64,000 nt of DNA, from positions 175-64,174 of the forward strand of contig CAMVGD010000002.1 of the NCBI GenBank assembly GCA_947166925.1. The letters are read 5' to 3'. The position numbers and the translations under genes were made by a program. Positions 15,504 through 23,846 of the stretch are shown one piece after another. The notes beneath the pieces are model-generated. The model saw only the letters and a program-made list of their open reading frames with translations, made no database searches and was not told the origin of the DNA. The stretch comes from an uncultured Clostridia bacterium (GTDB lineage: Bacteria > Bacillota > Clostridia > Christensenellales > CAG-138). The first letter of the stretch is position 1, and each line of letters starts with the position of its first letter.

Positions 15504-16694
15504 ATGAAGCTAATCGAACGCACACAGTATCTGGACAAACTGAAGAATGTCATCGGGACGCCGGACATCAAGGTGATTACGGGCGTACGCCGCTCCGGCA
15601 AGTCGAAGCTGCTGGAAGCGTTCCGCGATTATCTGATGGCGGAGCATCCGTCTGCAAACATCATCCATATCAATTTCAATCTGCCGGAGTATGACACGCT
15701 GCTGACATCCTCGGCATTGTATGACTATGTCAAGAAACATCATAAACCGGGCGTAGAGAACTTTGTGCTGATCGACGAGGTACAGATGTGCAAGGGCTTT
15801 GAGCGTGCAATCAACGGACTTCATGCGTCCGAGCAGTTTGATCTTTATATCACCGGTTCAAATGCGTTCTTACTGAGCTCCGATCTTGCGACGCTCTTTA
15901 CCGGGCGCACATTTGAAATTAAGGTGTTCCCGTTCTCGTTCCGAGAATACGTGGCGTATTACGAATACAGCGATCCTTATCAGGCTTTCAGTAAATACTT
16001 GCTGGAGGGTGGTATGTCCGGCTCCTATCTGTATCAGGAGCAGGAGGCGAAGTACGATTACATTGCTGACGTGTTCAACACTCTGATCGTTCGGGACATC
16101 CGACAGAAGTACAAGATTCGCAACGTGCAGCTATTGGATCGGATCGCGGAGTTCTTGATGGACAATGTTTCCAACCTGTCCTCGGCAAGGAGCATTTCGG
16201 ATACCCTGACAAGCAAGAAGGAAACGATCAATCACAAAACCGTTGGGAAGTACATCGAATACCTCTGCAACGCGTTTGCTTTTTATAAGGTTCGGCGGTA
16301 CGACATTCAGGGCAAGAGGTATCTTTCGTCCAACGAAAAGTATTATCTGTCAGATCATGCATTTCGCTATGCCAAGCTCGGCACCAAGAACATGGATTAC
16401 GGACGGATTCTTGAGAATATTGTCGCCGTGGAATTGCTGCGGCGTGGGTACGAGGTATATGTCGGAGTGCTGTATCAGAAGGAGATCGACTTTGTTGCGA
16501 TCAAGCGAAACGAAAAGCTGTATATCCAGGTTTCCGACAACATCACAGACGATAAGACGTTCCACCGGGAAGTCGATCCGCTGCTGAAAATTCAGGACGC
16601 CTATCCCAAGATGCTGATCGCCCGCACCGGACACGACGATTATCAGTACGAAGGCGTTCAGATTGTTGACATTGCAAACTGGTTATTGAAATGA
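15504..16694 (+). CDS. AAA-type ATPase with C-terminal DUF4143-like domain (COG1373-type)
   Basis: 396 aa. Walker A GVRRSGKS, Walker B VLIDEVQ. Overall architecture is typical of the widespread ATP-binding protein/DUF4143 family. Confidence 0.75.
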   Translation: MKLIERTQYLDKLKNVIGTPDIKVITGVRRSGKSKLLEAFRDYLMAEHPSANIIHINFNLPEYDTLLTSSALYDYVKKHHKPGVENFVLIDEVQMCKGFERAINGLHASEQFDLYITGSNAFLLSSDLATLFTGRTFEIKVFPFSFREYVAYYEYSDPYQAFSKYLLEGGMSGSYLYQEQEAKYDYIADVFNTLIVRDIRQKYKIRNVQLLDRIAEFLMDNVSNLSSARSISDTLTSKKETINHKTVGKYIEYLCNAFAFYKVRRYDIQGKRYLSSNEKYYLSDHAFRYAKLGTKNMDYGRILENIVAVELLRRGYEVYVGVLYQKEIDFVAIKRNEKLYIQVSDNITDDKTFHREVDPLLKIQDAYPKMLIARTGHDDYQYEGVQIVDIANWLLK

Positions 16695-16699
16695 TTCTG

Positions 16700-16735
16700 T
16701 TTCCCAAAACTCAAAGTATCTTCATTTTGGGAAAA
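16700..16735. repeat. Second TTTCCCAAAA...TTTTGGGAAA hairpin (10-bp stem)
   Basis: Same arm sequence as 15434-15474. Followed at 16768-16777 by ATGGTATGAT (-10-like). Confidence 0.8.
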
Positions 16736-16791
16736 AGATTTGCATTGTTTGCGCAAACCGATAATCTATGGTATGATATAGACAGGCTTAA

Positions 16792-17210
16792 TCGACTATA
16801 TCAGAGTGCACACCAAGATTTGCAGCTTTTGCAAAAAGGATTTGGCTGAGGAGAGAAAAGGAAGCAATGCTTGAAGCGCCGCAGCGCGGCGCTGAGATGA
16901 GTGCTTGATCAATGCGAGTTAGCGGTAGCATGACGATCCCATCTCTTCTCCGAACCTCCTCCTCACACCATCGAATATAGCAACGAAAAAGCCTGATTTT
17001 CCGGGCTTTTTTCTCGTTTTGGGATCAGAAAAGGACGAGAAAAGAGATGAGTATGTCGCCGCTCCGCGATCACAGCGAAACAGGATGAAACTTGATGTGT
17101 CGCACCATGCTGAACGGAAGGGAAATGAAGGGGGAAAAGGATCGGATGTATATGGGCGTCAGAATAAGTGAGTTTGCACATTTTGGACTAAGTGATGTTG
17201 CACAATGACA
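16792..17210 (+). repeat. Direct repeat B (core 16920-17210)
   Basis: See repeat A. The cores are offset by 4059 bp. Confidence 0.85.
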
Positions 17211-17411
17211 ATGTTAACGCAGGGCAAAGCTACTTAGCGTCGTCGAGGCACACGCGATCAGCGAACAACCAACCGGGCAACCGAGCAGACAACCACTTTG
17301 CTGATTGCCGGCAGCTTCCTGCAACGCCGAGGTTGAAACTGAGTTTTCGCCCTGCAATCTGAAGAAAACATCTGAAGCAAAATTGGAGAAAAGGTCCGAT
17401 AATCCGGGCCC

Positions 17412-17449
17412 AAAAAACACCGTCGCGGGATTCCGCGACGGTGTTTTTT
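17412..17449 (-). terminator. Bidirectional terminator 3' of the lipoprotein gene
   Basis: AAAAAACACCGTCGCGGgattCCGCGACGGTGTTTTTT. Confidence 0.8.
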
Positions 17450-17459
17450 GTCGGTTCGA

Positions 17460-18815
17460 TTATTGCACTGCGAAGGTGAAGCTCATCAGGATCGCTTCGG
17501 TCTCGGTGCCTTCGGACAGGTCCACGCCCGTCAGCTTGATGCTGACCCAGACGCCCTCGGCGATCTCGCCGTAGTACTCGATCCAGTCCATACCGACGTT
17601 CTTATAGCTGCGTCCCTGCATCTCGATCCCGCCGATCGTGCGCGGCGCAAGCTCGGCAAGGTTCTCGAAGCTGTCCTTGTAGAAGTCGATCTTGTCAAGC
17701 GATTCCTTACATTCGATCTTGAAATAGGAGAAGCTGGAATCCGCCTTTTTCGCATTCGGCGCGCAGTAGATGTAGACCGAGCCGCTCGACGCCTTCGGCT
17801 GCCAGTTCTTGTTCGGGATCTGAGCCGTCACATTGACCTTCGGACCGGAGAAGCCGACCTTTGCTTCAAACGTCTGTGTTTCGGTCGGGTTCGTGCCCGC
17901 CGGCGTGGAGCTTGCGACTTTCGGGAAGCCGGAGATATCCGCCACACTGTATTCTTTGGACGATATGCCGCTGATCGCGAACGCGGAGCACGCATAGGTA
18001 CCGTCGCCCTGATCCTTAAAGGTCACGGTCAGACTGTCGTTCTCGGCGTCCCACCAGGTCGCCGACTGGGTTTTGCCGTCGTTGTTCTGATCGTCGCTTC
18101 CCTGTTTGCCGACCGCCGCGCTGATCTCGTCAAACGTCAGCGCATAGCAGAAAGAATTGGGCATCTCGCCAAGCCAGCGATAGAGCCCCGCAAGCATCGC
18201 ACGGTCGATCACGCCGTCGCTGCTGCCGTACGGCGCGCCGGGGAAGGCTGCTTCGCCCTGCGGCGCGGGCGCTTCGGTTTCGACGGGCGCCGCGGTCTCG
18301 GCGGGCGCTTCGGTCGGATCGGCTTCGGCGGAGGCGGTTGCTTTTGCGCCGGGTTCAAAGATCAGGACGGCGTCGCCGTAGGAAAACTCGATCGCCCCGG
18401 CGTCGGTCCTGACTATGCTGGAATACGGTACGCCGGAGACCGTGATCTCGCCGGCGTCGTTCCAGCCGATCGGCATCTCCTGCGCCATGATGATCAGCAT
18501 GCCGCTGTAGTCGGCGTTCAGCGTGAGCGTCGTGTCGGCAATGCCGGTCTGGATCAACTGTTCGCCGGAGAAGGTGTAGTCGCCCACGCGGTACCCCGTG
18601 AGCCCGTATTCGCCGGGCGTGAACGCGGGCGCAGGCGTTTCGGTGACTTCCGGTTCGGAGACGGGCGCAGGCGTTTCCGCTGCGGGCGCGGCGTCCGGAG
18701 GCGTCTCGCCGACGGGCTGTTCCGGCGTCGTTTTATCTTCGTTTTGACTGCCGCCGCAGGCAAACGTGCCGACGGTCAGAAGCACCGCCAGCAAAAGAAT
18801 CAGAAAGCGTTTCAT
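17460..18815 (-). CDS. Secreted lipoprotein of unknown function
   Basis: MKRFLILLLAVLLTVGTFACGG lipobox, Pro/Glu/Thr/Ala-rich linkers, RBS AAGGAG. No recognisable catalytic motif. Confidence 0.7.
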   Translation of the reverse strand: MKRFLILLLAVLLTVGTFACGGSQNEDKTTPEQPVGETPPDAAPAAETPAPVSEPEVTETPAPAFTPGEYGLTGYRVGDYTFSGEQLIQTGIADTTLTLNADYSGMLIIMAQEMPIGWNDAGEITVSGVPYSSIVRTDAGAIEFSYGDAVLIFEPGAKATASAEADPTEAPAETAAPVETEAPAPQGEAAFPGAPYGSSDGVIDRAMLAGLYRWLGEMPNSFCYALTFDEISAAVGKQGSDDQNNDGKTQSATWWDAENDSLTVTFKDQGDGTYACSAFAISGISSKEYSVADISGFPKVASSTPAGTNPTETQTFEAKVGFSGPKVNVTAQIPNKNWQPKASSGSVYIYCAPNAKKADSSFSYFKIECKESLDKIDFYKDSFENLAELAPRTIGGIEMQGRSYKNVGMDWIEYYGEIAEGVWVSIKLTGVDLSEGTETEAILMSFTFAVQ

Positions 18816-18958
18816 GATTGCATGCTCCTTTGTATGATCGGGCTGTCAGCCTTGCTGTTTATTATACCATACCACCTGCGATTTGCAAGTGCGCGTATGG
18901 TTTGACTTTCCGCTGCGGGCGTGATACAATGACGGCATCTGCATGACAGGAGGCGCTT

Positions 18959-19405
18959 ATGACCGATTACGAAGCATTGACCGCACAGACGGAGGCGCTG
19001 ATCTCGGGCGTACCGCACCGGATCGCGAACCTTGCAAACGTGTCCGCGCTGATCTTCGATACGCTCGAGGACCTGAACTGGGCGGGGTTCTATCTGCTGG
19101 AGGGCGAAACGCTTGTATTGGGCCCGTTCCAGGGCAAGCCCGCCTGCATTGAGATCCCGGTCTCGCGCGGGGTCTGCGGCGCCGCCGTGCGCGAGGACCG
19201 CTCGCAGCTTGTCCCGGACGTGCACGCATTCGCGGGACACATCGCCTGTGATTCCGCGTCGCGCTCGGAGCTCGTCGTGCCGCTGCATCAGAACGGCGCC
19301 GTGATCGGCGTGCTCGATCTGGACAGCCCGTCACTTGCGCGCTTTACCGAAGCGGACCGCGAGGGCATGGAGCGCCTTGCGCGCGTGCTCGAACAGAATC
19401 TTTGA
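18959..19405 (+). CDS. GAF-domain protein (free methionine-(R)-sulfoxide reductase/YebR type)
   Basis: 148 aa. NWAGFYLLEGETLVLGPFQGKPACIEIPVSRGVCGAA...HIACDSASRSELVVPL matches the fRMsr GAF family. Confidence 0.8.
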   Translation: MTDYEALTAQTEALISGVPHRIANLANVSALIFDTLEDLNWAGFYLLEGETLVLGPFQGKPACIEIPVSRGVCGAAVREDRSQLVPDVHAFAGHIACDSASRSELVVPLHQNGAVIGVLDLDSPSLARFTEADREGMERLARVLEQNL

Positions 19406-19412
19406 CCCGCAC

Positions 19413-19441
19413 AAAAAACAGGCGCTTCGGCGCCTGTTTTT
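19413..19441. terminator. Bidirectional terminator between convergent genes
   Basis: AAAAAACAGGCGC-ttcg-GCGCCTGTTTTT. Confidence 0.8.
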
Positions 19442-19449
19442 GCATGTCG

Positions 19450-20865
19450 TTACGGTGCGGGCGTTTCCTCCGGTTCGGGGGAGGGCTGCTCGTCCTCGAT
19501 GTAGGTAAAGACCTTGCGCATGGCGTACGGACCCTCCTCGAAATACGTCGGCGAAAGCTCGGAAAGCGTGAAGTGCATGCCGTCGCAGGTGTGCGGGTAG
19601 TAGAGTCCCCAGGAGAATCCCGCACGGAAGAACGCGAGCTCATAGAGCAGGTAGTTCATCAGCGGCTCGGGCACGCCCTTCCGGCCTGCGGACGCGCTGC
19701 CGGTATAGGTGAAATCGTAAACGCGTTTGTCCTTGTATTCCTCGATGCCGTTGTAGGTCAGGTTGTCCGTGACCTCGTGATAGATCTTCTCGCGGTTTGC
19801 GAGAACGTTGCGGTGGCTCGGCGTATACGCGTTGATGTCGACCGCGGTGCCGAAGGAGTGGTGGCTCACGAAATCTCCGGAATTGACGAACCGGCGCACG
19901 GTCGTTCCGTTCATCTCGACGAGGTCCGCAAGACGCACCGCGCCGGTATCGAGCTTGCCGCCGTGGATGCGGATATAGGTGTTCTCCATGTAGCGTCCCG
20001 CCTGCTCGAAGTACGGCACGGCGTCGATATGGCAGCCCCATTGTTTGCCGTTGATCACGGTGGCTTTGGCGTCGTATTGCTTGAGCCAGTCGCCGTCGAC
20101 CGCGATCCGCTTTTCTCCGGACTTGAATGAGTAGCGGAACATGAACCGCTCCGGCGAGCCGAAGAACGCAAGCGCGGTCGTGTAATTGCCGCGGAGGTTG
20201 TTCGGCAGGAGCTGTACCTTTTTATCGGACGTGACCGTGAACGGCGCGCTGACCAGATCGGCGCTGCGCCCCTGCGCGTCCGACGCGGAGAGCTCGAGCG
20301 TAAAGCTGCCTGCGGACAGACGTTCAAAACGCAGGTTTTCGGAAATGCAGTCGATCTCTTTCGAGAAGGTGAGATCCAGAAGCCGGCATTCGGTCACGTT
20401 TTCGCTTTCCGCAAAGGTCTGTTCCGCCTCGATCACGACCTTGCCGCCGCTGTTTTTGACGCACGCATAGACGCGCACGAGCGGCGCGAGCGAACGCACC
20501 GTTCCGTCGATCCGGAACGGGTGTCCCTTCATGATCGGACCGCTCGGGTCCGGCATGGGCATATCGACCGATTCCGTAAAGGTGATCGGATCGGGCTCGG
20601 GCGTGGGCGAAGGGGTCGGCTCGGGCGTCGGCGTCGGCTCGGGGGTCGGCGAGGGCGTCGGCGGCAGCGTCGGCAGCGGGACTTCCGTAATGACGGGGGT
20701 CGCGACCGTTTCCGCGACGATCTCCGTTTCCTCGACGGGCGCAGGCATTTCGACCGGCGCCGCCGTTTCCAACGCCTCGCCGGTTTGTACAGGCATATTG
20801 CACGCGAGCATGAGGCATGCGAGCAGGATCAAAGGAATGGTTTTCTGAAAATAATGCTGTTTCAT
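19450..20865 (-). CDS. Secreted M15-family (VanY/D-Ala-D-Ala carboxypeptidase-like) peptidase with a Pro/Thr linker
   Basis: SHHSFGTAVDIN (SxHxxGxAxD) and a C-terminal CDGMHF. N-terminal LILLACLMLAC lipobox-like signal and PTLPPTPSPTPEPTPTPEPTPSPTPEP linker. The track start 20901 is a TTG; ATG 20865 is preferred but uncertain. Confidence 0.7.
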   Translation of the reverse strand: MKQHYFQKTIPLILLACLMLACNMPVQTGEALETAAPVEMPAPVEETEIVAETVATPVITEVPLPTLPPTPSPTPEPTPTPEPTPSPTPEPDPITFTESVDMPMPDPSGPIMKGHPFRIDGTVRSLAPLVRVYACVKNSGGKVVIEAEQTFAESENVTECRLLDLTFSKEIDCISENLRFERLSAGSFTLELSASDAQGRSADLVSAPFTVTSDKKVQLLPNNLRGNYTTALAFFGSPERFMFRYSFKSGEKRIAVDGDWLKQYDAKATVINGKQWGCHIDAVPYFEQAGRYMENTYIRIHGGKLDTGAVRLADLVEMNGTTVRRFVNSGDFVSHHSFGTAVDINAYTPSHRNVLANREKIYHEVTDNLTYNGIEEYKDKRVYDFTYTGSASAGRKGVPEPLMNYLLYELAFFRAGFSWGLYYPHTCDGMHFTLSELSPTYFEEGPYAMRKVFTYIEDEQPSPEPEETPAP

Positions 20866-20905
20866 ACTTTTTATTATAGCACGGTACAAAACCGGCTGCA
20901 AGCAT

Positions 20906-20932
20906 GGAAAAAGCGCCGCAGGTGCGGCGCTT
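20906..20932 (-). terminator. Terminator-like hairpin immediately after 201-bp element copy 2 (minus-strand sense)
   Basis: Minus strand reads AAGCGCCGC-acct-GCGGCGCTT followed by TTTTCC. Confidence 0.55.
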
Positions 20933-21132
20933 CAGACTGTCGTAAAAGGGGTCAGACCATTTGCGGCGAGATGGTTCAAATGAATACTTGTCGGATGAAA
21001 GGGCGCGAGGGCGCCCTTTCTTTCTATTATTTCGCCGCAAATTATCCGCGTTTTCGCTCGGTCGCATACTTTAGTATAGCTCCGTCGCGAAAACACGAAT
21101 TCTGTCTCCCTTCCCAACAGTCTGTTCAGCGT
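20932..21132. repeat. 201-bp structured repeat element, copy 2 (inverted relative to copy 1)
   Basis: Identical to the reverse complement of 3081-3281. Begins 2 nt after the stop codon (21134-21136) of the minus-strand lipoprotein gene. Confidence 0.9.
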
Positions 21133-21133
21133 T

Positions 21134-21538
21134 TCAATCGGAGATGCGGCGAAACTCCAGCCTGTGGCGGACGCCGCTTTCGTCCGTGGTGTTGAGCACG
21201 AGATTGTCGCCGGTGAATGAATACGGGATCTGCGTCTTTCCGTCAAGCAGCAGGCAGTCTTGGTTCAGGAGGCTATCATCACCGTGAACGGTCTGATACG
21301 AAAACGAAACCGTGGCCGACACGCCGTCGGCATAGGCTGTTTCGGTGCCGTTCCCGTTCCCGTCAAACGAGTATACCATAAATACCGTCAGAGGTTCCTG
21401 CTGATACCTGTTTGCGTCCCGATACACAAAGGAGGTTTCCAGGACCCACACGCCTTTCAGTTGGCTGGTTTTTGCACAGCCGATCGACAGCAGCAAAACC
21501 GCGGATAGCAACAAGACGGTCAATCGTTTCCAGCTCAT
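21134..21538 (-). CDS. Small lipoprotein of unknown function
   Basis: MSWKRLTVLLLSAVLLLSIGCAK lipobox; 134 aa; beta-rich sequence. Confidence 0.6.
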   Translation of the reverse strand: MSWKRLTVLLLSAVLLLSIGCAKTSQLKGVWVLETSFVYRDANRYQQEPLTVFMVYSFDGNGNGTETAYADGVSATVSFSYQTVHGDDSLLNQDCLLLDGKTQIPYSFTGDNLVLNTTDESGVRHRLEFRRISD

Positions 21539-21555
21539 TTCGAAAGCCCCCTTCC

Positions 21556-23337
21556 TTACAGCTCCCTGAGAAGCTCACGAAGCTCGCGGACGGAATCGCC
21601 GAAGACCTTCAGCGCATCCTTGACCGGCTGCGGGCTGGTGAGGTCGACGCCGGCAAGCTTGAGCTCGTTCAGCGGATAGTCGCTGCCGCCGGTGGTGAGG
21701 AACTTGAGATAGCCCTCCGCGTCGCCGGTCTCGAAGATGTGCGACGCGATCGCGACCGCGGACGAGAAGCCCGTTGCATACTGGAAGACGTAGAACGCGG
21801 TGTAGAAGTGCGGGATGAACGCCCATTCGTAGGCGATGTTCTCCGGCACTTCGGCGCCTTCGTAGTAGAGCTCGACGAGCGAACGGTAGATCGCGGTCAG
21901 CTTTTCCGCGGTCAGCGGCTCGCCATTCTGGTACGCCTCGTGCGCCTTGCGCTCGAACTCCGCAAACAGCGTCTGACGGAACAGCGTCGTGCGGAAGCCC
22001 TCCAGGAAGTGGTTCAGCACGTACGCGCGGCGCGCCTTGTCGGTCTCGGTCGCGAGGAGGTACTTGGTGAGCAGCACTTCGTTGACGGTCGAAGCGACCT
22101 CGGCGACGAAGATGCAGTAGTCGTGGTTCATGTAGTCCTGCGTGTTGTCGGACTTATAGGAGTGCATTGCGTGACCGAGCTCGTGCGCCACGGTGTATGC
22201 GTCGTCGAGCGCGTCGGTGTAGTTCAGCAGCACATAGGGGTGCACGCCGAACACGCCGCAGGAAAACGCGCCGCTGCGCTTGCCCTTGTTCTCGTACGCG
22301 TCCATCCAGTTCTCGGTGTATGCCGTGTCCAGAAGCTTCTGATACCCTTCGCCGAGCGGCGTCGTCGCCGCCTTGACGAGCTTCTTCGCCTCCTCGAACG
22401 GGACCTTGAATTCGACGTCCTTGACCATCGGGCAGTAGAGGTCGAACATGTCGATCTTCTCAAGACCCAGCGCTTCCTTGCGAAGCTCCAGGTATTCGCG
22501 CATGGCCGGAAGGCTTTCGTGGACCGCTTCGATCAGACTGTCGTAGACGGAGACCGGGATGTTGTTGCGGAACAGCGCCGCTTCGCACGCGCTCGGATAA
22601 TTGCGCACGTTCGCGTTGAACTGATCCAGCTTGACGTTGCCGCCGTAGAGCGCGGCAAACGTGTTGATGTACTTCTTGTACGTGCCGAACATGGCGTTGA
22701 ACGCTTCCTCGCGGACGGCTCGTACCGGGCTTTCACGGTATACGCCGAAATTGCCGGCGGTCAGCTGGACTTCGTTGCCCTCCGCGTCGTGGATCTTCGG
22801 CAATTCCATATCGACGTTCGTGAGCATCTCGTACGCGTCCTGCGGCGTCTGCGCGGCGTCGCCCATCATGGCGAGCATGCGCTCGCGCTGCGCGTCGAGA
22901 CAATGCGCGCGGGTGCGGGTGATGTTTTCGACCGTGAAGCGGTAAGGCTTCATCTCATCCGGTGCGAGGAACTCGTTGAGCTTCTCCTCGGGGATCGCAA
23001 GGATCTCCGGCTCGAAAAACGCCAGCATCGTCGAAAACTGCACGAATGCGTTCGTCGCCTTGCCGTCCATCTCCTGGTGCTTCGTCTCGGAGCCGTCGGC
23101 GCAGCGGTGGAGGTTCGCATAGATATAGGCCTTCTCCAGTCTCTGCGCGATTCCGTTGACCGTATCGATCCCCGCCTTGAAGCTTTCACGGGAGTTGCCC
23201 AGCGTGCCCTCGATCGCGGCGATCTTCGGAAGGTCTGCAATAATCGCGTTCAGCTCCGCCTCCCAGGCTTCGTCGTTTGCGTACATGTGCGTAAAGTCCC
23301 ACTGAAATCTCGGGTCCATGTCTTTTCTTGCCTGCAT
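21556..23337 (-). CDS. pepF: Oligoendopeptidase F (M3B)
   Basis: HELGHAMH zinc motif and M3B-typical length and sequence. Start moved to ATG 23337 (MQARKDMDPRFQWDF) behind GGAGAA. Confidence 0.9.
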   Translation of the reverse strand: MQARKDMDPRFQWDFTHMYANDEAWEAELNAIIADLPKIAAIEGTLGNSRESFKAGIDTVNGIAQRLEKAYIYANLHRCADGSETKHQEMDGKATNAFVQFSTMLAFFEPEILAIPEEKLNEFLAPDEMKPYRFTVENITRTRAHCLDAQRERMLAMMGDAAQTPQDAYEMLTNVDMELPKIHDAEGNEVQLTAGNFGVYRESPVRAVREEAFNAMFGTYKKYINTFAALYGGNVKLDQFNANVRNYPSACEAALFRNNIPVSVYDSLIEAVHESLPAMREYLELRKEALGLEKIDMFDLYCPMVKDVEFKVPFEEAKKLVKAATTPLGEGYQKLLDTAYTENWMDAYENKGKRSGAFSCGVFGVHPYVLLNYTDALDDAYTVAHELGHAMHSYKSDNTQDYMNHDYCIFVAEVASTVNEVLLTKYLLATETDKARRAYVLNHFLEGFRTTLFRQTLFAEFERKAHEAYQNGEPLTAEKLTAIYRSLVELYYEGAEVPENIAYEWAFIPHFYTAFYVFQYATGFSSAVAIASHIFETGDAEGYLKFLTTGGSDYPLNELKLAGVDLTSPQPVKDALKVFGDSVRELRELLREL

Positions 23338-23400
23338 GTTCGTTCTCCTTTGTTTGAATTCTCCAACAGTATACCGCTTTTCAGCCGCTTTGTCCACAGG

Positions 23401-23643
23401 TCACGGCGTTTTTTTCAGCGTATATACCGTCGCTTTTCCGCGCCGGATGCACACGACCGGAAGCCCGTACTGCCGCAGAAGCCGCAGGTCGTCCGACACG
23501 CTTTTGCGCTCGGCAGGCATGCCGCGTTCACTGAGCTTCTCAAGGATCTCGCGCATCGAGATCGTCTTTCCGATTGCCAGATCGTGCTCCAGAATGTCCT
23601 TTACATACAGGATCTTCAGCTTTCCGTCGGTTTTCTTTGCCAT
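23401..23643 (-). CDS. Small winged-helix DNA-binding protein (HTH_11/DeoR-N-like)
   Basis: 80 aa. TISMREILEKLSERGMPAERKSVSDDLRLLRQYGLPV resembles a wHTH recognition region. Weak assignment. Confidence 0.45.
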   Translation of the reverse strand: MAKKTDGKLKILYVKDILEHDLAIGKTISMREILEKLSERGMPAERKSVSDDLRLLRQYGLPVVCIRRGKATVYTLKKTP

Positions 23644-23846
23644 GTCGGTTTCCTCCTCTCCGGTTCTGCAGCATCAGTATCGCCGAAAACCTGTCCTATA
23701 AACCGGAACGAAAGCCGCAGTCCGATCGACCGTTTTCGACAAAAAGCGCGAAATTTACAACTCTGTTACAACTATATGACATCTTTGTTACGTTTTGGAC
23801 GAATTTGGAGTGTATCATGGAATCAGATCCGGGAAAGGAGCATGAC

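Larger units (their letters stand above)
12270..17210. mobile_element. Low-GC accessory insert downstream of guaA (degenerate integrative element or elements), bounded and partitioned by ~420-440-bp direct repeats
   Basis: GC content visibly drops right after the guaA terminator. Contains a serine-recombinase C-terminal fragment, direct repeats 12712-13151 and 16792-17210, and cargo genes with AT-rich codon usage unlike the flanks. High-GC core sequence resumes after ~17210. Confidence 0.6.

Noticed and set aside
17211-17360. Possible riboswitch-like region: CAGGGCAAAGC resembles the start of c-di-GMP-I (GEMM-I); GCAGGGC 17219-17225 pairs with GCCCTGC 17349-17355; CAACC occurs four times.
   Set aside because: The second GEMM-I half and the tetraloop/receptor features are absent. 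No downstream plus-strand gene exists. The region may be residual junction DNA of the island.
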